Source of the DNA: an uncultured Ignavibacteria bacterium | Lineage (GTDB): Bacteria; Zixibacteria; MSB-5A5; CAIYYT01 | Length of the DNA: 64,000 nt | Assembly: GCA_964520555.1 (NCBI GenBank) | Contig: CAZFNN010000001.1 | Location: 253,858-317,857, forward strand | Reading direction: 5' to 3' | Shown: piece by piece, positions 37,468-46,532 of the stretch | Position numbering within the stretch: position 1 is the first letter of the stretch | Layout: the number at the start of each line of letters is the position of its first letter | Made by a program: the position numbers and the translations under genes | The notes under the pieces: model-generated | Database searches by the model: none | The model's input: only the letters and a program-made list of their open reading frames with translations | What the model was told of the DNA's origin: nothing

Positions 37468-38256
37468 TCAGATACATTTGACAAACCCGCCGTCGATATT
37501 GACAGCGACGCCGGTGATGTAGCCGGCGCGCTCACTGGCGAGGAATGCCGCCAGATCGCCCAATTCCTCGGGTCGACCGAGACGTCCAGCTGGGATCATC
37601 TGCTCCCAGCCGGCATAGACGCTCTTGATCGACTTCCCGGTCGCTCTGTTCGTCGCAGCCGCCAATTCCTCCAGCCGCTCGGTACGGGTGTAGCCGGGAC
37701 AGATGACGTTGACCGTTATGCCATGGGGTGCCAGTTCGTTGGACAGAGCTTTAGTGAATCCGTGGACCCCCGGACGCATGGTGCTCGACAGCATCAGCGT
37801 CTCGCTGGCCTGCAGGGCTACGATCGAAGTAATGCTGATGATCCGACCCCAGCGTCGCTCGATCATCGACGGCACCGTCGCCGCGCAAAGCATGATCGTG
37901 GACTTCAGGCTGAGCGCATAGGCATTGTCCCAATCGGTGGTCTTCATCTCAAGGAATCGACGCATCGGTGGCCCGCCGGCGTTGCAGACGAGGATGTCAA
38001 CCGGTCCAAGCTTGGCGTTGACCTTTTGCGCCGCAGCTTCAATGGCCGTCTTCCGTGTAACATCACACACCAACGGCAAAACGCTCACGCCGGTCTCAGC
38101 CAGAATCTGTCTTGCGGCTGCCGCCACATTTTCCTTCCGCCGCGACAACATCGCGACACTCGCCCCTTCGCGTGCCAGCGCAGCAGCAATCGCCTTGCCG
38201 ATGCCTGCTGAGGCACCGGCAACCAATGCAACTTTGTCCTTAAGTCCGAGATCCAT
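37468..38256 (-). CDS. SDR-family oxidoreductase (3-oxoacyl-ACP reductase-like)
   Basis: KVALVAGASAGIGKAIA (TGxxxGxG), NAG, YxxxK region; about 262 aa. Confidence 0.8.
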   Translation of the reverse strand: MDLGLKDKVALVAGASAGIGKAIAAALAREGASVAMLSRRKENVAAAARQILAETGVSVLPLVCDVTRKTAIEAAAQKVNAKLGPVDILVCNAGGPPMRRFLEMKTTDWDNAYALSLKSTIMLCAATVPSMIERRWGRIISITSIVALQASETLMLSSTMRPGVHGFTKALSNELAPHGITVNVICPGYTRTERLEELAAATNRATGKSIKSVYAGWEQMIPAGRLGRPEELGDLAAFLASERAGYITGVAVNIDGGFVKCI

Positions 38257-39613
38257 GCCCGAGAAGCCCAAACAGATGCGCGACGGTGACGATGCCCTGA
38301 TGGAAATCTATGAGGGAGAACTTCTCATTCGGTGAATGGGCATTGTCGTCCTGCTGGCCGAAGCCCAAAAGCAGCGTATCGAGCCCGAGTTCTTCCTTAA
38401 ACGTGTTGACAATCGGGATCGACCCGCCCTCGCGAATAAACACCGGCTTGCGGCCGAAACCCTTCTCAAGCGCGTCTACACAGGCCTTGACCATGAAGTT
38501 ATCGCGCGCGACGATCGCCGGCTTGGCGCCACCCAACTTCTTCACCTCGACCGTCACCGTGGCCGGCGCGATCTTGTGAACATACTTCTCGAATTTCGCA
38601 AGGATATCCTCCGGCGTCTGATCCGGCACCAACCGCATCGTGACTTTGCAGCCGGCCCAGGACGGCACAATGGTCTTGCTGCCTTCGCCGGCATAGCCGC
38701 CGTAGATGCCGTTGATCTCGCAAGTGGGACGCGCCCAGACGCGCTCCAGGGTCGAGTAGCCCTTCTCGCCGACTGTAGAGGGCGAACCGGTCTTGCGCAG
38801 ATGCTCACTCTCCTCATATTTGAGGGAGCCAAACATATCGCGCTCCCAGCCTTCGACCTCGCGCACTTTGTCGTAGAAGCCGTCAATGAGCACATGCTTG
38901 TTGTCGTCATGGAGCTTGGCGATCATCCGCGCCAGCTCCACCACCGGATTGGCAATCGAGCCGCCGAACGATCCGGAGTGCAGGTCCTTGTCCGGCCCGA
39001 CCACCTTGATTTCGGCTGCGGCGATGCCGCGCAGTCCGTAGGTGATGGCCGGGATTCCGCGGCCATACATCGCCGTGTCGGAGACGATCACGCCGTCGGC
39101 CTTGAGCAATTCATGGTGATCTTTGATGAAGTGTTCCAGGTTGTTGGAGGCGATCTCCTCTTCCCCTTCGATGAGGAACTTCAGATTCACCGGCAGTTCC
39201 TTGCCGGCTTTCAGATATGACTCCGCCGCCAGCAGATGGATCAGGAACTGACCCTTATCATCGGTGGCACCGCGGGCATAGATGGTTTCGCCGTCGATGT
39301 GCGGTTCAAAGGGCGGGTTCTTCCAGAGATGGAGCGGATCGACCGGTTGGACATCGTAGTGGCCGTAGATCAGGAGCGTGCGCTTGTTGCCCGGATTGTT
39401 GTATTCGGCAAAGACAATCGGGTGACCTTTGATCGGAAAGATCTGCGCCTTCAGGCCGGCGGTTTCAAAACGCTCCTTAACGTGTTCGGCACATCGCTGG
39501 ACTTCTTCCTTGAATTTGGAGTCCGCCGAGACCGACGGATACTTGAGCAGATCGACGAGATCGGTGACGAACTTACCGCGATTTTTGTCGATGTATTCCA
39601 ATACCGGTTGCAT
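38240..39613 (-). CDS. M20-family metallopeptidase (dipeptidase-like)
   Basis: LIYGHYDVQP, GATDDKG, zinc-ligand spacing typical of M20/M25/M40; 457 aa. Confidence 0.8.
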   Translation of the reverse strand: MQPVLEYIDKNRGKFVTDLVDLLKYPSVSADSKFKEEVQRCAEHVKERFETAGLKAQIFPIKGHPIVFAEYNNPGNKRTLLIYGHYDVQPVDPLHLWKNPPFEPHIDGETIYARGATDDKGQFLIHLLAAESYLKAGKELPVNLKFLIEGEEEIASNNLEHFIKDHHELLKADGVIVSDTAMYGRGIPAITYGLRGIAAAEIKVVGPDKDLHSGSFGGSIANPVVELARMIAKLHDDNKHVLIDGFYDKVREVEGWERDMFGSLKYEESEHLRKTGSPSTVGEKGYSTLERVWARPTCEINGIYGGYAGEGSKTIVPSWAGCKVTMRLVPDQTPEDILAKFEKYVHKIAPATVTVEVKKLGGAKPAIVARDNFMVKACVDALEKGFGRKPVFIREGGSIPIVNTFKEELGLDTLLLGFGQQDDNAHSPNEKFSLIDFHQGIVTVAHLFGLLGHGSRT

Positions 39614-39749
39614 ATACGCTCTCCTTGGTTTGCGTCAATCGTGCAGGGAAAGCTACCCCGACCCGCCGTTTTGTCAAGCGGATTCGCCCCGGTTCCTCCG
39701 CCGGGAAATCGGCTTGACTCCAGCCGCCTGCCATGCTACGTTCTGGGCG

Positions 39750-39766
39750 ATTGGCACGCAGCCAAT
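39750..39766. promoter_or_regulatory. Inverted repeat ATTGGC-N5-GCCAAT between a TTGACT -35-like element and the first peroxiredoxin start (candidate operator)
   Basis: Seen directly, 14 nt upstream of the ATG. Confidence 0.3.
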
Positions 39767-39780
39767 GATTCGGAGGCAAG

Positions 39781-40329
39781 ATGCAAATTGGCGAAAAAGC
39801 GCCGTTCTTCAAAGGCGTGGCCGTCATGCCGGACAAAACCTTCAAGAAGATTACCTTGGACGATTACCGGGGCAAATGGTTGGTGCTCTTCTTCTACCCA
39901 CTCGATTTCAGCTTCGTCTGCCCGACGGAGGTGCGCGCTTTCTCGCTGGCCTTCAACAAATTCAAGGATGTCGGCGCCGACCTGCTTGGCTGTTCCGTCG
40001 ACTCGCACTTTGCCCATCTGGCCTGGATTGAAAAAGAGCTCGGCCAGGTGAAGTTTCCGCTCCTCTCCGATATCACCAAGAACATCTCGCGTTCCTACAA
40101 TGTACTCGTGCACGGCGCGTTCAGTCTGCGCGGCACGTATGTCATCGATCCCGACGGCGTACTCAAGTCGATCGTGGTTAACGACACGTCGATCGGTCGC
40201 TCGATTGACGAAACCCTGCGCACGCTGAAAGCGATTCAAACCGGCGAACTGACCGGCGCCGGCTGGCAGCCGGGCGACGAGACGCTTGGCCTCGATGGCT
40301 CCAAGCACTACGACTCCGGAACCGACTGA
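39781..40329 (+). CDS. Peroxiredoxin (Prx1/AhpC-type fold; peroxidatic Cys present, canonical resolving Cys absent)
   Basis: FFYPLDFSFVCPTEV peroxidatic motif. C-terminal GELTGAGWQPG occupies the place of the typical GEVCPAxW (Cys replaced by Thr). Confidence 0.85.
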   Translation: MQIGEKAPFFKGVAVMPDKTFKKITLDDYRGKWLVLFFYPLDFSFVCPTEVRAFSLAFNKFKDVGADLLGCSVDSHFAHLAWIEKELGQVKFPLLSDITKNISRSYNVLVHGAFSLRGTYVIDPDGVLKSIVVNDTSIGRSIDETLRTLKAIQTGELTGAGWQPGDETLGLDGSKHYDSGTD

Positions 40330-40458
40330 GGCGATGGCTTCTGTCTAATACCTGCGCCGGTCTTCATCGACATTCCTGTACAAGTTCGACTTGACTGAGA
40401 GTCTCCGACTGTCTATGCTGATAGTGCAGTTGCGGTATTACTCTGCACCGGAGGTAAC

Positions 40459-40992
40459 ATGCAAATCGGTCAACCCGCACCCGAGTTCTGCGGAGTTGCT
40501 GTCATGCCGAACAAGCGGTTTCGCGAACTCCGCATGACCGACTTTCGCGAAAAGTGGCTGGTGCTCTTCTTCTACCCGCTTGACTTCACTTCCGAATTTC
40601 CACGTGAGCTGCAATCATTCGTTGAGATCTACCCGCGGTTTCGAGGACTGAATGTCGAAGTCATTGGCTGCTCGGTTGATTCGCATTTCACGCACCTGAA
40701 TGCGATCGAACACTACTTCAGTCAAATCAGCTTCCCCCTGATGTCTGATCTTAACAACGACATTGCGCGCAACTACGAAGTGCTGACGGACGGAGGATTC
40801 AGTCAGCGAGCAGTCTTTATCATCGACCCCGCCGGCACCCTGAGAGTGGCCTGGGTAACCGACAGTGCCCTGACTGGGTCTGTTGATGAGATCCTGCGAA
40901 TCGTCAGTGAACTCCAGACCAAGGATGGGCTCGGGTTGGAGACTCCGGCAGACCGGCACACTCTTGGGCACTCGCGGCCCGAGTCCACTTAG
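40459..40992 (+). CDS. Peroxiredoxin-like paralog lacking the peroxidatic cysteine (probable pseudo-enzyme)
   Basis: Aligns over its whole length with the upstream Prx (MQIG.PAP.F.GVAVMP.K.F......DFR.KWLVLFFYPLDF...VIGCSVDSHFTHL), but the active-site FVCPTE is FTSEFPRE and no C-terminal Cys is present. Confidence 0.75.
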   Translation: MQIGQPAPEFCGVAVMPNKRFRELRMTDFREKWLVLFFYPLDFTSEFPRELQSFVEIYPRFRGLNVEVIGCSVDSHFTHLNAIEHYFSQISFPLMSDLNNDIARNYEVLTDGGFSQRAVFIIDPAGTLRVAWVTDSALTGSVDEILRIVSELQTKDGLGLETPADRHTLGHSRPEST

Positions 40993-41017
40993 TTGCAGAC
41001 AGTGAAATGGCGGGGCT

Positions 41018-41536
41018 TCAAGCTACAAATACGCGGTAAAGAAAGATCCCGATCAGCACGAACGACACGATAAGCTGAACTACGGCGCCGAAGACAAACC
41101 CGACAAATGTCCCGGCACCGGCTTTGAGAGACGCCGTTAACGATTTGCCGACCAGCAGCTCGACGACGACGGCGCCGACGAGCGGCCCGATGATCACACC
41201 GACGAGCGAGCCGACAAAGAGTCCGATCACCATGCCGACAAAAGCGCCGAACATTCCCCAGCGCGAGGCGCCCCACCGCTTGGCGCCATACACCTGCACA
41301 AAGTGTTGAAGTATCCAGATCACGGTAACCGCGATGCCGGAATAGACCAGGAACTCGCCCGAGAGATAAGCGTAGCCGGTGAAATAGCCGAAGATGGCCA
41401 TCGCCGCCCAGATCAGTGGCAATCCCGGGATGACCGGCACGATGACTCCGGCAGCGCCAACCAACATCGTTAGGAAACAGCCGACGAAGAGCAGGACTTC
41501 CGCTGTCGTTGTTTGCAAGAGGAGAAGCGAGATCAC
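41018..41536 (-). CDS. Small multi-TM membrane protein (DUF456-like), last gene of the TPP-riboswitch operon
   Basis: 172 aa, four or five Gly-rich TM helices (IPGLPLIW.., GLFVGSLVGVIIGPLVGAVVV). Lies 39 nt downstream of the SSS permease on the same strand. Confidence 0.45.
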   Translation of the reverse strand: MISLLLLQTTTAEVLLFVGCFLTMLVGAAGVIVPVIPGLPLIWAAMAIFGYFTGYAYLSGEFLVYSGIAVTVIWILQHFVQVYGAKRWGASRWGMFGAFVGMVIGLFVGSLVGVIIGPLVGAVVVELLVGKSLTASLKAGAGTFVGFVFGAVVQLIVSFVLIGIFLYRVFVA

Positions 41537-41575
41537 GGAATCAACTTACGAAAAACCGTGCCAAATGTTAAGAAC

Positions 41576-42961
41576 TTAGCGAAGGTACGACGGCCGCCGC
41601 CGACCACAGATCAGGTAGACCAGAAACGATGCCGCCAGACCGGGAAAGATCGGCTCGATCCCGAGCGCGTAGGTGCCGTCCGGTATCAGCTGCGTCGTAC
41701 TGAGCCAGACTGTGGAAGCGAGTCCGCCGAGCACCATCGCGACCACGGCCGCTCGACCACTCATGACGCGATTGCCGACAAAGGTTGTCAGCAGCGGAAC
41801 CAGTAGAATCGGCGTCCCGACCGAACCAAAGCCGTACCAGACCGTCACCACCGATTCAAAAAGGGCGGAAACCATGACCGTCAGAACAGCCGACCCGATC
41901 AGCGCCCATTTCGTGTAGCGATTTATGATATCATCGGTCGCATCCCGCCAGCGCGCAAAGATGTCCTTGCCAACAGTGGACGCGGCGATGAACAGGTATG
42001 AGTCGGCGGTAGAGATGACGGTCGCGATCAGCGAAACGGCGAAGATCCCGAACAACCCGGCCGGCAGGACTTGCTGCCCCAGCAGCGGAAAGGCGGAAAC
42101 GGGATCAATGTCGGGCGGCAGGATGGCTCGCGCATAGAGCCCGCAGGTCGTGGTCAGCATATCAAAGACAAACCAGCAGATGATCGAGACGAGAATACCC
42201 CGACGGGCGGTCTTCTCATCACGGGCGGCATAGCAGGCCTGGAAAAACGACGGCTCCACCAGAGTCGACAGTGCGATGAAATACCAGACGATAATGAACC
42301 AGGCGCTGTTACCCCCGTGCCATTGAAAGTGAGTTTCCGGGAGCCGGGCGGTAAGAAAATCCTGGCCGCCGTAGCCGGTGACCAGTACGATGAAGATCAC
42401 CGCGAAGCCGAGATACATGAAGAGAAAGTGCCAGATATCGGCGCGGACGAGCGTACGGAAGCCGCCAATGAAGGCATAGATTGTGACGATGACCGCGCCA
42501 ACGATGATGCCAATCGACTTCGGCCAGCCGAAGAAGGTTTGTCCGAGCACTCCTAAAATCAGAATGTAAGCTGTTGGTAGCGTCCACCCGAATACGACCA
42601 CGGCGCCGAGAATCGCCGCCGGACGGCCGTAATACTGGTTGAGGCGATCGGCAATCGTAATGAACTCGGTGCGGCGTGCCTTGGCCGCCAGCAGCCACGC
42701 AAAGAGCAAAGCGCCGAGATAGTAGGGTAATCCAAAGACGAACCAATTGGAAACCCCGTAGCGATAGGAGTATTCGCCGACACCAAGTATCCCGCCATAC
42801 CAGTTGCAGACCAGTGTGGCGACGAATGCAGGCAAGGTCAGACGGCGGCCATCCAACATGTATTCGACGGCGGTATTGCCTACCGTCGGTCGGCGCCAGA
42901 AGCTGAATACAATGATGCCGAGCAAATACGCGGCGATTATTAGTGTGTCGACGAGCTCCAA
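41576..42961 (-). CDS. Sodium:solute symporter (SSS) family permease, ThiV/PanF-like; candidate thiamine or thiamine-precursor transporter
   Basis: 13 predicted TM helices; SSS N-terminal signature (TAVEYMLDGRRLTLPAFVATLVCNWYGGILGVGE). Lies 3 nt downstream of the TPP-riboswitch-controlled TonB receptor. Confidence 0.7.
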   Translation of the reverse strand: MELVDTLIIAAYLLGIIVFSFWRRPTVGNTAVEYMLDGRRLTLPAFVATLVCNWYGGILGVGEYSYRYGVSNWFVFGLPYYLGALLFAWLLAAKARRTEFITIADRLNQYYGRPAAILGAVVVFGWTLPTAYILILGVLGQTFFGWPKSIGIIVGAVIVTIYAFIGGFRTLVRADIWHFLFMYLGFAVIFIVLVTGYGGQDFLTARLPETHFQWHGGNSAWFIIVWYFIALSTLVEPSFFQACYAARDEKTARRGILVSIICWFVFDMLTTTCGLYARAILPPDIDPVSAFPLLGQQVLPAGLFGIFAVSLIATVISTADSYLFIAASTVGKDIFARWRDATDDIINRYTKWALIGSAVLTVMVSALFESVVTVWYGFGSVGTPILLVPLLTTFVGNRVMSGRAAVVAMVLGGLASTVWLSTTQLIPDGTYALGIEPIFPGLAASFLVYLICGRRRPSYLR

Positions 42962-42964
42962 TGC

Positions 42965-45475
42965 CTACTCAAGTTCCAATCGCAAGGTGGTGAAAATCGA
43001 GCGTCCGGCAGCGGGGATGTACTCCGACCAATGCTGGTCAGGTGCGTCGCGGAATCGAGTCACGCCGCCGTAGCCAGAAACCTCGTACTTGTGATCGAGC
43101 ACGTTGTCGACCCGTGCTGCGAGTTCGAGGCGACCCAGATCGGCGATCTCTCCCAAAGTAATTCCGGCGGAAACGGCCGCTACGAAATACGGATCGATCG
43201 AAAGTTCGCGCACGTTGTCATTTTCGACATAGATGCGCCCAACCATGCGTCCACGACATGCGAGATTGAAGCGCTGGTGGCGATACTCGGCGATCAGATT
43301 TCCAATGTAGTCGGGAAAGCCGGGGATCGTCTTGCCGTCGTAAGAAAAAGAGCGGCTTTCGAGATAATTCCAGTCGGCGTCATTGTCGTAGACGGCTTCT
43401 GCGATTTCAAAGCCTTTGATCCGATTGTAATTGTACGAAAAGTTGCCGCTCAGCTGGAAATTGCGACCGACGGTGTTTGTAGTCGAGAGTTCGATCCCGG
43501 CATGCACCGATCGGTCGGCGTTGGTGGTGATCGGGAGACCGAGATCATTGAGTCCCCCATACGGCACGATCTCGTTGGCGAAGTCCATCCAGAACAGGTT
43601 CAGCGTGTGCGCACTGGATTGAGTCCGCCAGCCTAACCCCAATTCGAAATTATGAACGCGTTCCGATTGGGCGGTCGGATCGCCGAAGATAATCGTGGAA
43701 TCACTGCCGCTACGTCGGATCTCCTGGATATGTAGCGAGGGGAAGGCGTACGGATCGCCGGCATCATAAATCTCCCAGTCGGCCGGAACACGCGAAGACA
43801 GCGAGTAGCTCGCCAGCAAGTTCACCGCCGGTGCAACCGCGTAGCTGAAGCCCAGGCGCGGCGAAAGAAAAGTCCAGTCAATGTCATACGCATAACCGGC
43901 AAAAGCGCCCAGCCGGTTCTGTTTAAAACTGTAGTCTTGATGACGCAATTGCAGACTGACATTGGCAGTCAGCCGCTCGCCGAGGCGGCGGCTCTGTACT
44001 GCATAGAGTGAGCCAAACCACTTTTCACCAAAATATTCGTAGTAGCGATGACGCGGATCGATCGCGTTCGTGACGCCTTCGGCCCAAACCACTTGTCCCC
44101 AGTGGTCGGATTCGAAGTAGTAAAATGAGCCGCCGATGCTGAGAGCACCCTGCTTCTGCTGGAACTCGAGCCGCGGGTTCCAGCCCCACTGATTCTTGCG
44201 AACGTGCTGCTGCCGGACGAGATCGCCGGAAATGATGGCCTCAATCGAATCGCCGTCAGGACTGGTAATGATCGTCGCCGGAATGTTGTAGTCGGCAAAG
44301 CTGCGATCGTCGCGATACTGCTCGTAGTAACCGTCACCGTGGATGTGGAAGAGCGTGTTTTGCAGCGAGGCATTGGGACTCAACTCGTAGGTATTGTGCA
44401 GCTCGTAATGCGGTTGACTGAAATTGTCGGTCTCGTTGTCATAAGTTAACGGATTGAAACGGCGGTCGCTTTCAAGTTGCTCGCGCGAAACACCGTAGTA
44501 GGCGAGGTGCATCTGCATCGGACCGCCGTAGACATTGACCGTCGTCGTCATCCGCGGATCGAGACGCGACAGCGAAAGCTGATACGCCCAACCGTCATAC
44601 CACGCATTGCTGCGGTAGCCGTCGGAAAGCTGGCGGGAGTAGCGCCCGGCAAAATTCCAGCGACCATCAATGAGGCCGGAACGATATTCAACCGCTTGCT
44701 TCTGCATATCGCCGACCCAGCGGCCATCGTCCCAGAATCCGCCGTAACCGGTGGCCAACGAAATGCTGCGCGACTGCTCGATTCCCGCCGAGACGATATT
44801 GACTGTGCCCCCAAAGGAAGCATCCCCGTAAAGCGAACTGCCGATCCCCCGCTGCACCTGGACGTCTTTTACGCCGGCGGCAAAGTCAGGGATATCGACG
44901 AAATAGGTCGCCTGATCCTCAGGGTCGTTCAGTGGAATTCCGTTGATGTAAACTGAGACCCGTTTATCGTCGAAGCCACGGATCTTCAGATAGCTGTAAC
45001 CCAGCCCGCCGCCGGCATCGGCATAAGAATAGACATTGGGAGTGGTTTCGAGCAAGAGCGGCAACTCGCCGATCAAATAGTCCCGTTCGATATCCTGGCT
45101 CGTGAAATCGGAAAAAGCCGTCGGCGTACGCCCCACTTCGGCTCGATCCGCCGTGACGGTCACACCCTGGCTGCGAAATACCGTCGGCCGCAACTGCACG
45201 CGCACGGGGGCGCCATCGCTAACGGAAACCATCACTGGCTGGAAGCCGATGTGCTTGATCGTAATGCGTCGAGTGACGCCGGGGTCGACCTGGAACCCGA
45301 ATGCTCCATCTTTGCCGGTTACGGCGACCACACGATCGCCATCGGCGATGATGGCTGCACCTTCCACGGGTTGGCCACTCTCGTCAGTAATGAGTCCGGT
45401 CAGTTCCAAGCCGACAACTGTTGCCGACAGGACGAGGACAAGAAATGCGGAAAGAAGGAAGAGCGATTTCATCAC
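42965..45475 (-). CDS. TonB-dependent outer-membrane receptor (TPP-riboswitch-controlled; candidate thiamine receptor) with N-terminal carboxypeptidase-regulatory-like domain
   Basis: Signal peptide. CarbopepD_reg-like N-terminus (LTGLITDESGQPVEGAAIIADGDRVVAVTGKDGAFGF). Plug motifs (KIRGFDDKRVSVYINGIPLNDPEDQ, VQRGIGSSLYGDASFGGTVNIVS). 836 aa. Confidence 0.8.
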   Translation of the reverse strand: MMKSLFLLSAFLVLVLSATVVGLELTGLITDESGQPVEGAAIIADGDRVVAVTGKDGAFGFQVDPGVTRRITIKHIGFQPVMVSVSDGAPVRVQLRPTVFRSQGVTVTADRAEVGRTPTAFSDFTSQDIERDYLIGELPLLLETTPNVYSYADAGGGLGYSYLKIRGFDDKRVSVYINGIPLNDPEDQATYFVDIPDFAAGVKDVQVQRGIGSSLYGDASFGGTVNIVSAGIEQSRSISLATGYGGFWDDGRWVGDMQKQAVEYRSGLIDGRWNFAGRYSRQLSDGYRSNAWYDGWAYQLSLSRLDPRMTTTVNVYGGPMQMHLAYYGVSREQLESDRRFNPLTYDNETDNFSQPHYELHNTYELSPNASLQNTLFHIHGDGYYEQYRDDRSFADYNIPATIITSPDGDSIEAIISGDLVRQQHVRKNQWGWNPRLEFQQKQGALSIGGSFYYFESDHWGQVVWAEGVTNAIDPRHRYYEYFGEKWFGSLYAVQSRRLGERLTANVSLQLRHQDYSFKQNRLGAFAGYAYDIDWTFLSPRLGFSYAVAPAVNLLASYSLSSRVPADWEIYDAGDPYAFPSLHIQEIRRSGSDSTIIFGDPTAQSERVHNFELGLGWRTQSSAHTLNLFWMDFANEIVPYGGLNDLGLPITTNADRSVHAGIELSTTNTVGRNFQLSGNFSYNYNRIKGFEIAEAVYDNDADWNYLESRSFSYDGKTIPGFPDYIGNLIAEYRHQRFNLACRGRMVGRIYVENDNVRELSIDPYFVAAVSAGITLGEIADLGRLELAARVDNVLDHKYEVSGYGGVTRFRDAPDQHWSEYIPAAGRSIFTTLRLELE

Positions 45476-45565
45476 GGCACCTCACTATTTGCCTGCGCAT
45501 AAAAAATGCCGCCTGATCTCCGCAGGGATGGCAGCAACGCAAATCGCGTCCGTGAATCGGTCGCT

Positions 45566-45647
45566 GCCGTTTCCCTACGCCGGTATTATCCGGATCAGGT
45601 ATTGGGGGTGTGATCTCAGACGACTGGATGGTCGCCACTCCCAACGG
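45566..45647 (-). ncRNA. TPP (THI-box) riboswitch
   Basis: Minus-strand RNA: GCCGUUGGGAGUGGCGACCAUCCAGUCGUCUGAGAUCACACCCCCAAUACCUGAUCCGGAUAAUACCGGCGUAGGGAAACGGC. It contains CUGAGA, ACCCC, and ACCUGAUC-GGAUAAUACCGGCGUAGGGAA (near-identical to the consensus ACCUGAUCUGGAUAAUGCCAGCGUAGGGAA), closed by a P1 helix GCCGUU/AACGGC. About 90 nt separate it from the receptor start codon. Confidence 0.85.
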
Positions 45648-45750
45648 CAATTATGTCTTCGCAATTATTACGCAGGAGAACTGTGAACGCAAGAGGAATT
45701 TCTATCAACGCAGTCTACGCCACATTTGCCCCCGGCCGACTTCCGAAGAG

Positions 45751-46389
45751 ATGATCGCAACCCCAGGTACACGCCCTCGTATCATCTACATTGTGGGCAA
45801 CGTTATCACGCCGGAGGACAACAAGCCTCCACGCCGTCAGCGGGTGTGTCCCGTTGAACATGCCGGCATCTTGGATGGTGTCTGGCGACGATTGCTGCAG
45901 AATCCCCGAAAGATTCTGTCTCCCTACATCCGCGATGGTATGACCGTCCTCGACTTCGGCTGTGGTCCCGGATTCTTCACGGTTACCATGGCAGAGCTCG
46001 TAGGGCCAACGGGGCGGGTCTTAGCGGTAGATTTGCAGGAGGGTATGCTGAGACTGTTAGGATCACGGATTCGCGGTTCAAAGCTGGAATCGCGCGTCAC
46101 ACTTCACCGCTGCAGCCCCGATTGCATTGGGGTCAACGCGAAGGTCGATTTCATCCTTGCCTTCTATGTCGTTCATGAACTCCCTGACCAGCACCAATGG
46201 TGCCGTGAGGTCGCTGATTTGTTGCGGCCCAAGGGTCTACTTCTCATCGTCGAACCGAGACCGTTTCACGTCTCCAAGGCAGACTTCGAGCAGACGATCC
46301 TCGCGGCAAGAACTGCCGGATTGGCGGCTACTTCAAGTCCACGCGTGCTCCTCAGCCGGACCGCCCTGCTCAACAAAAAAGTCGTTTAA
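45751..46389 (+). CDS. Class I SAM-dependent methyltransferase
   Basis: Motif I VLDFGCGPGFFTVTMAELVGPTGRVLAVDL. Start trimmed to the ATG at 45751 because the track's upstream extension overlaps the TPP riboswitch on the other strand. Confidence 0.7.
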   Translation: MIATPGTRPRIIYIVGNVITPEDNKPPRRQRVCPVEHAGILDGVWRRLLQNPRKILSPYIRDGMTVLDFGCGPGFFTVTMAELVGPTGRVLAVDLQEGMLRLLGSRIRGSKLESRVTLHRCSPDCIGVNAKVDFILAFYVVHELPDQHQWCREVADLLRPKGLLLIVEPRPFHVSKADFEQTILAARTAGLAATSSPRVLLSRTALLNKKVV

Positions 46390-46532
46390 ATCCCCCGGCC
46401 GGGTCGATGAAGGCTCGCTCCCAGCAGCGCTTGCTTTGTGAAAAGAATCACTTGCTTTTTTATGGGGGATTTCCTTACCTATTCAGTTAGATTTAGGGCA
46501 ATGATGACGGTGAGACTTCAGACTTCCGGCAG

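Noticed and set aside
39750-39766. TGGCACG within ATTGGCACGCAGCCAAT as a sigma54 -24/-12 promoter
   Set aside because: The -12 element (TTGCW) is absent at the required spacing. Treated as a palindromic operator candidate instead.
45610-45750. Upstream extension of the methyltransferase ORF (track start 45610)
   Set aside because: It overlaps the TPP riboswitch and promoter on the opposite strand. The ATG at 45751 with a GAAGAG RBS gives a normal-length class I MTase.
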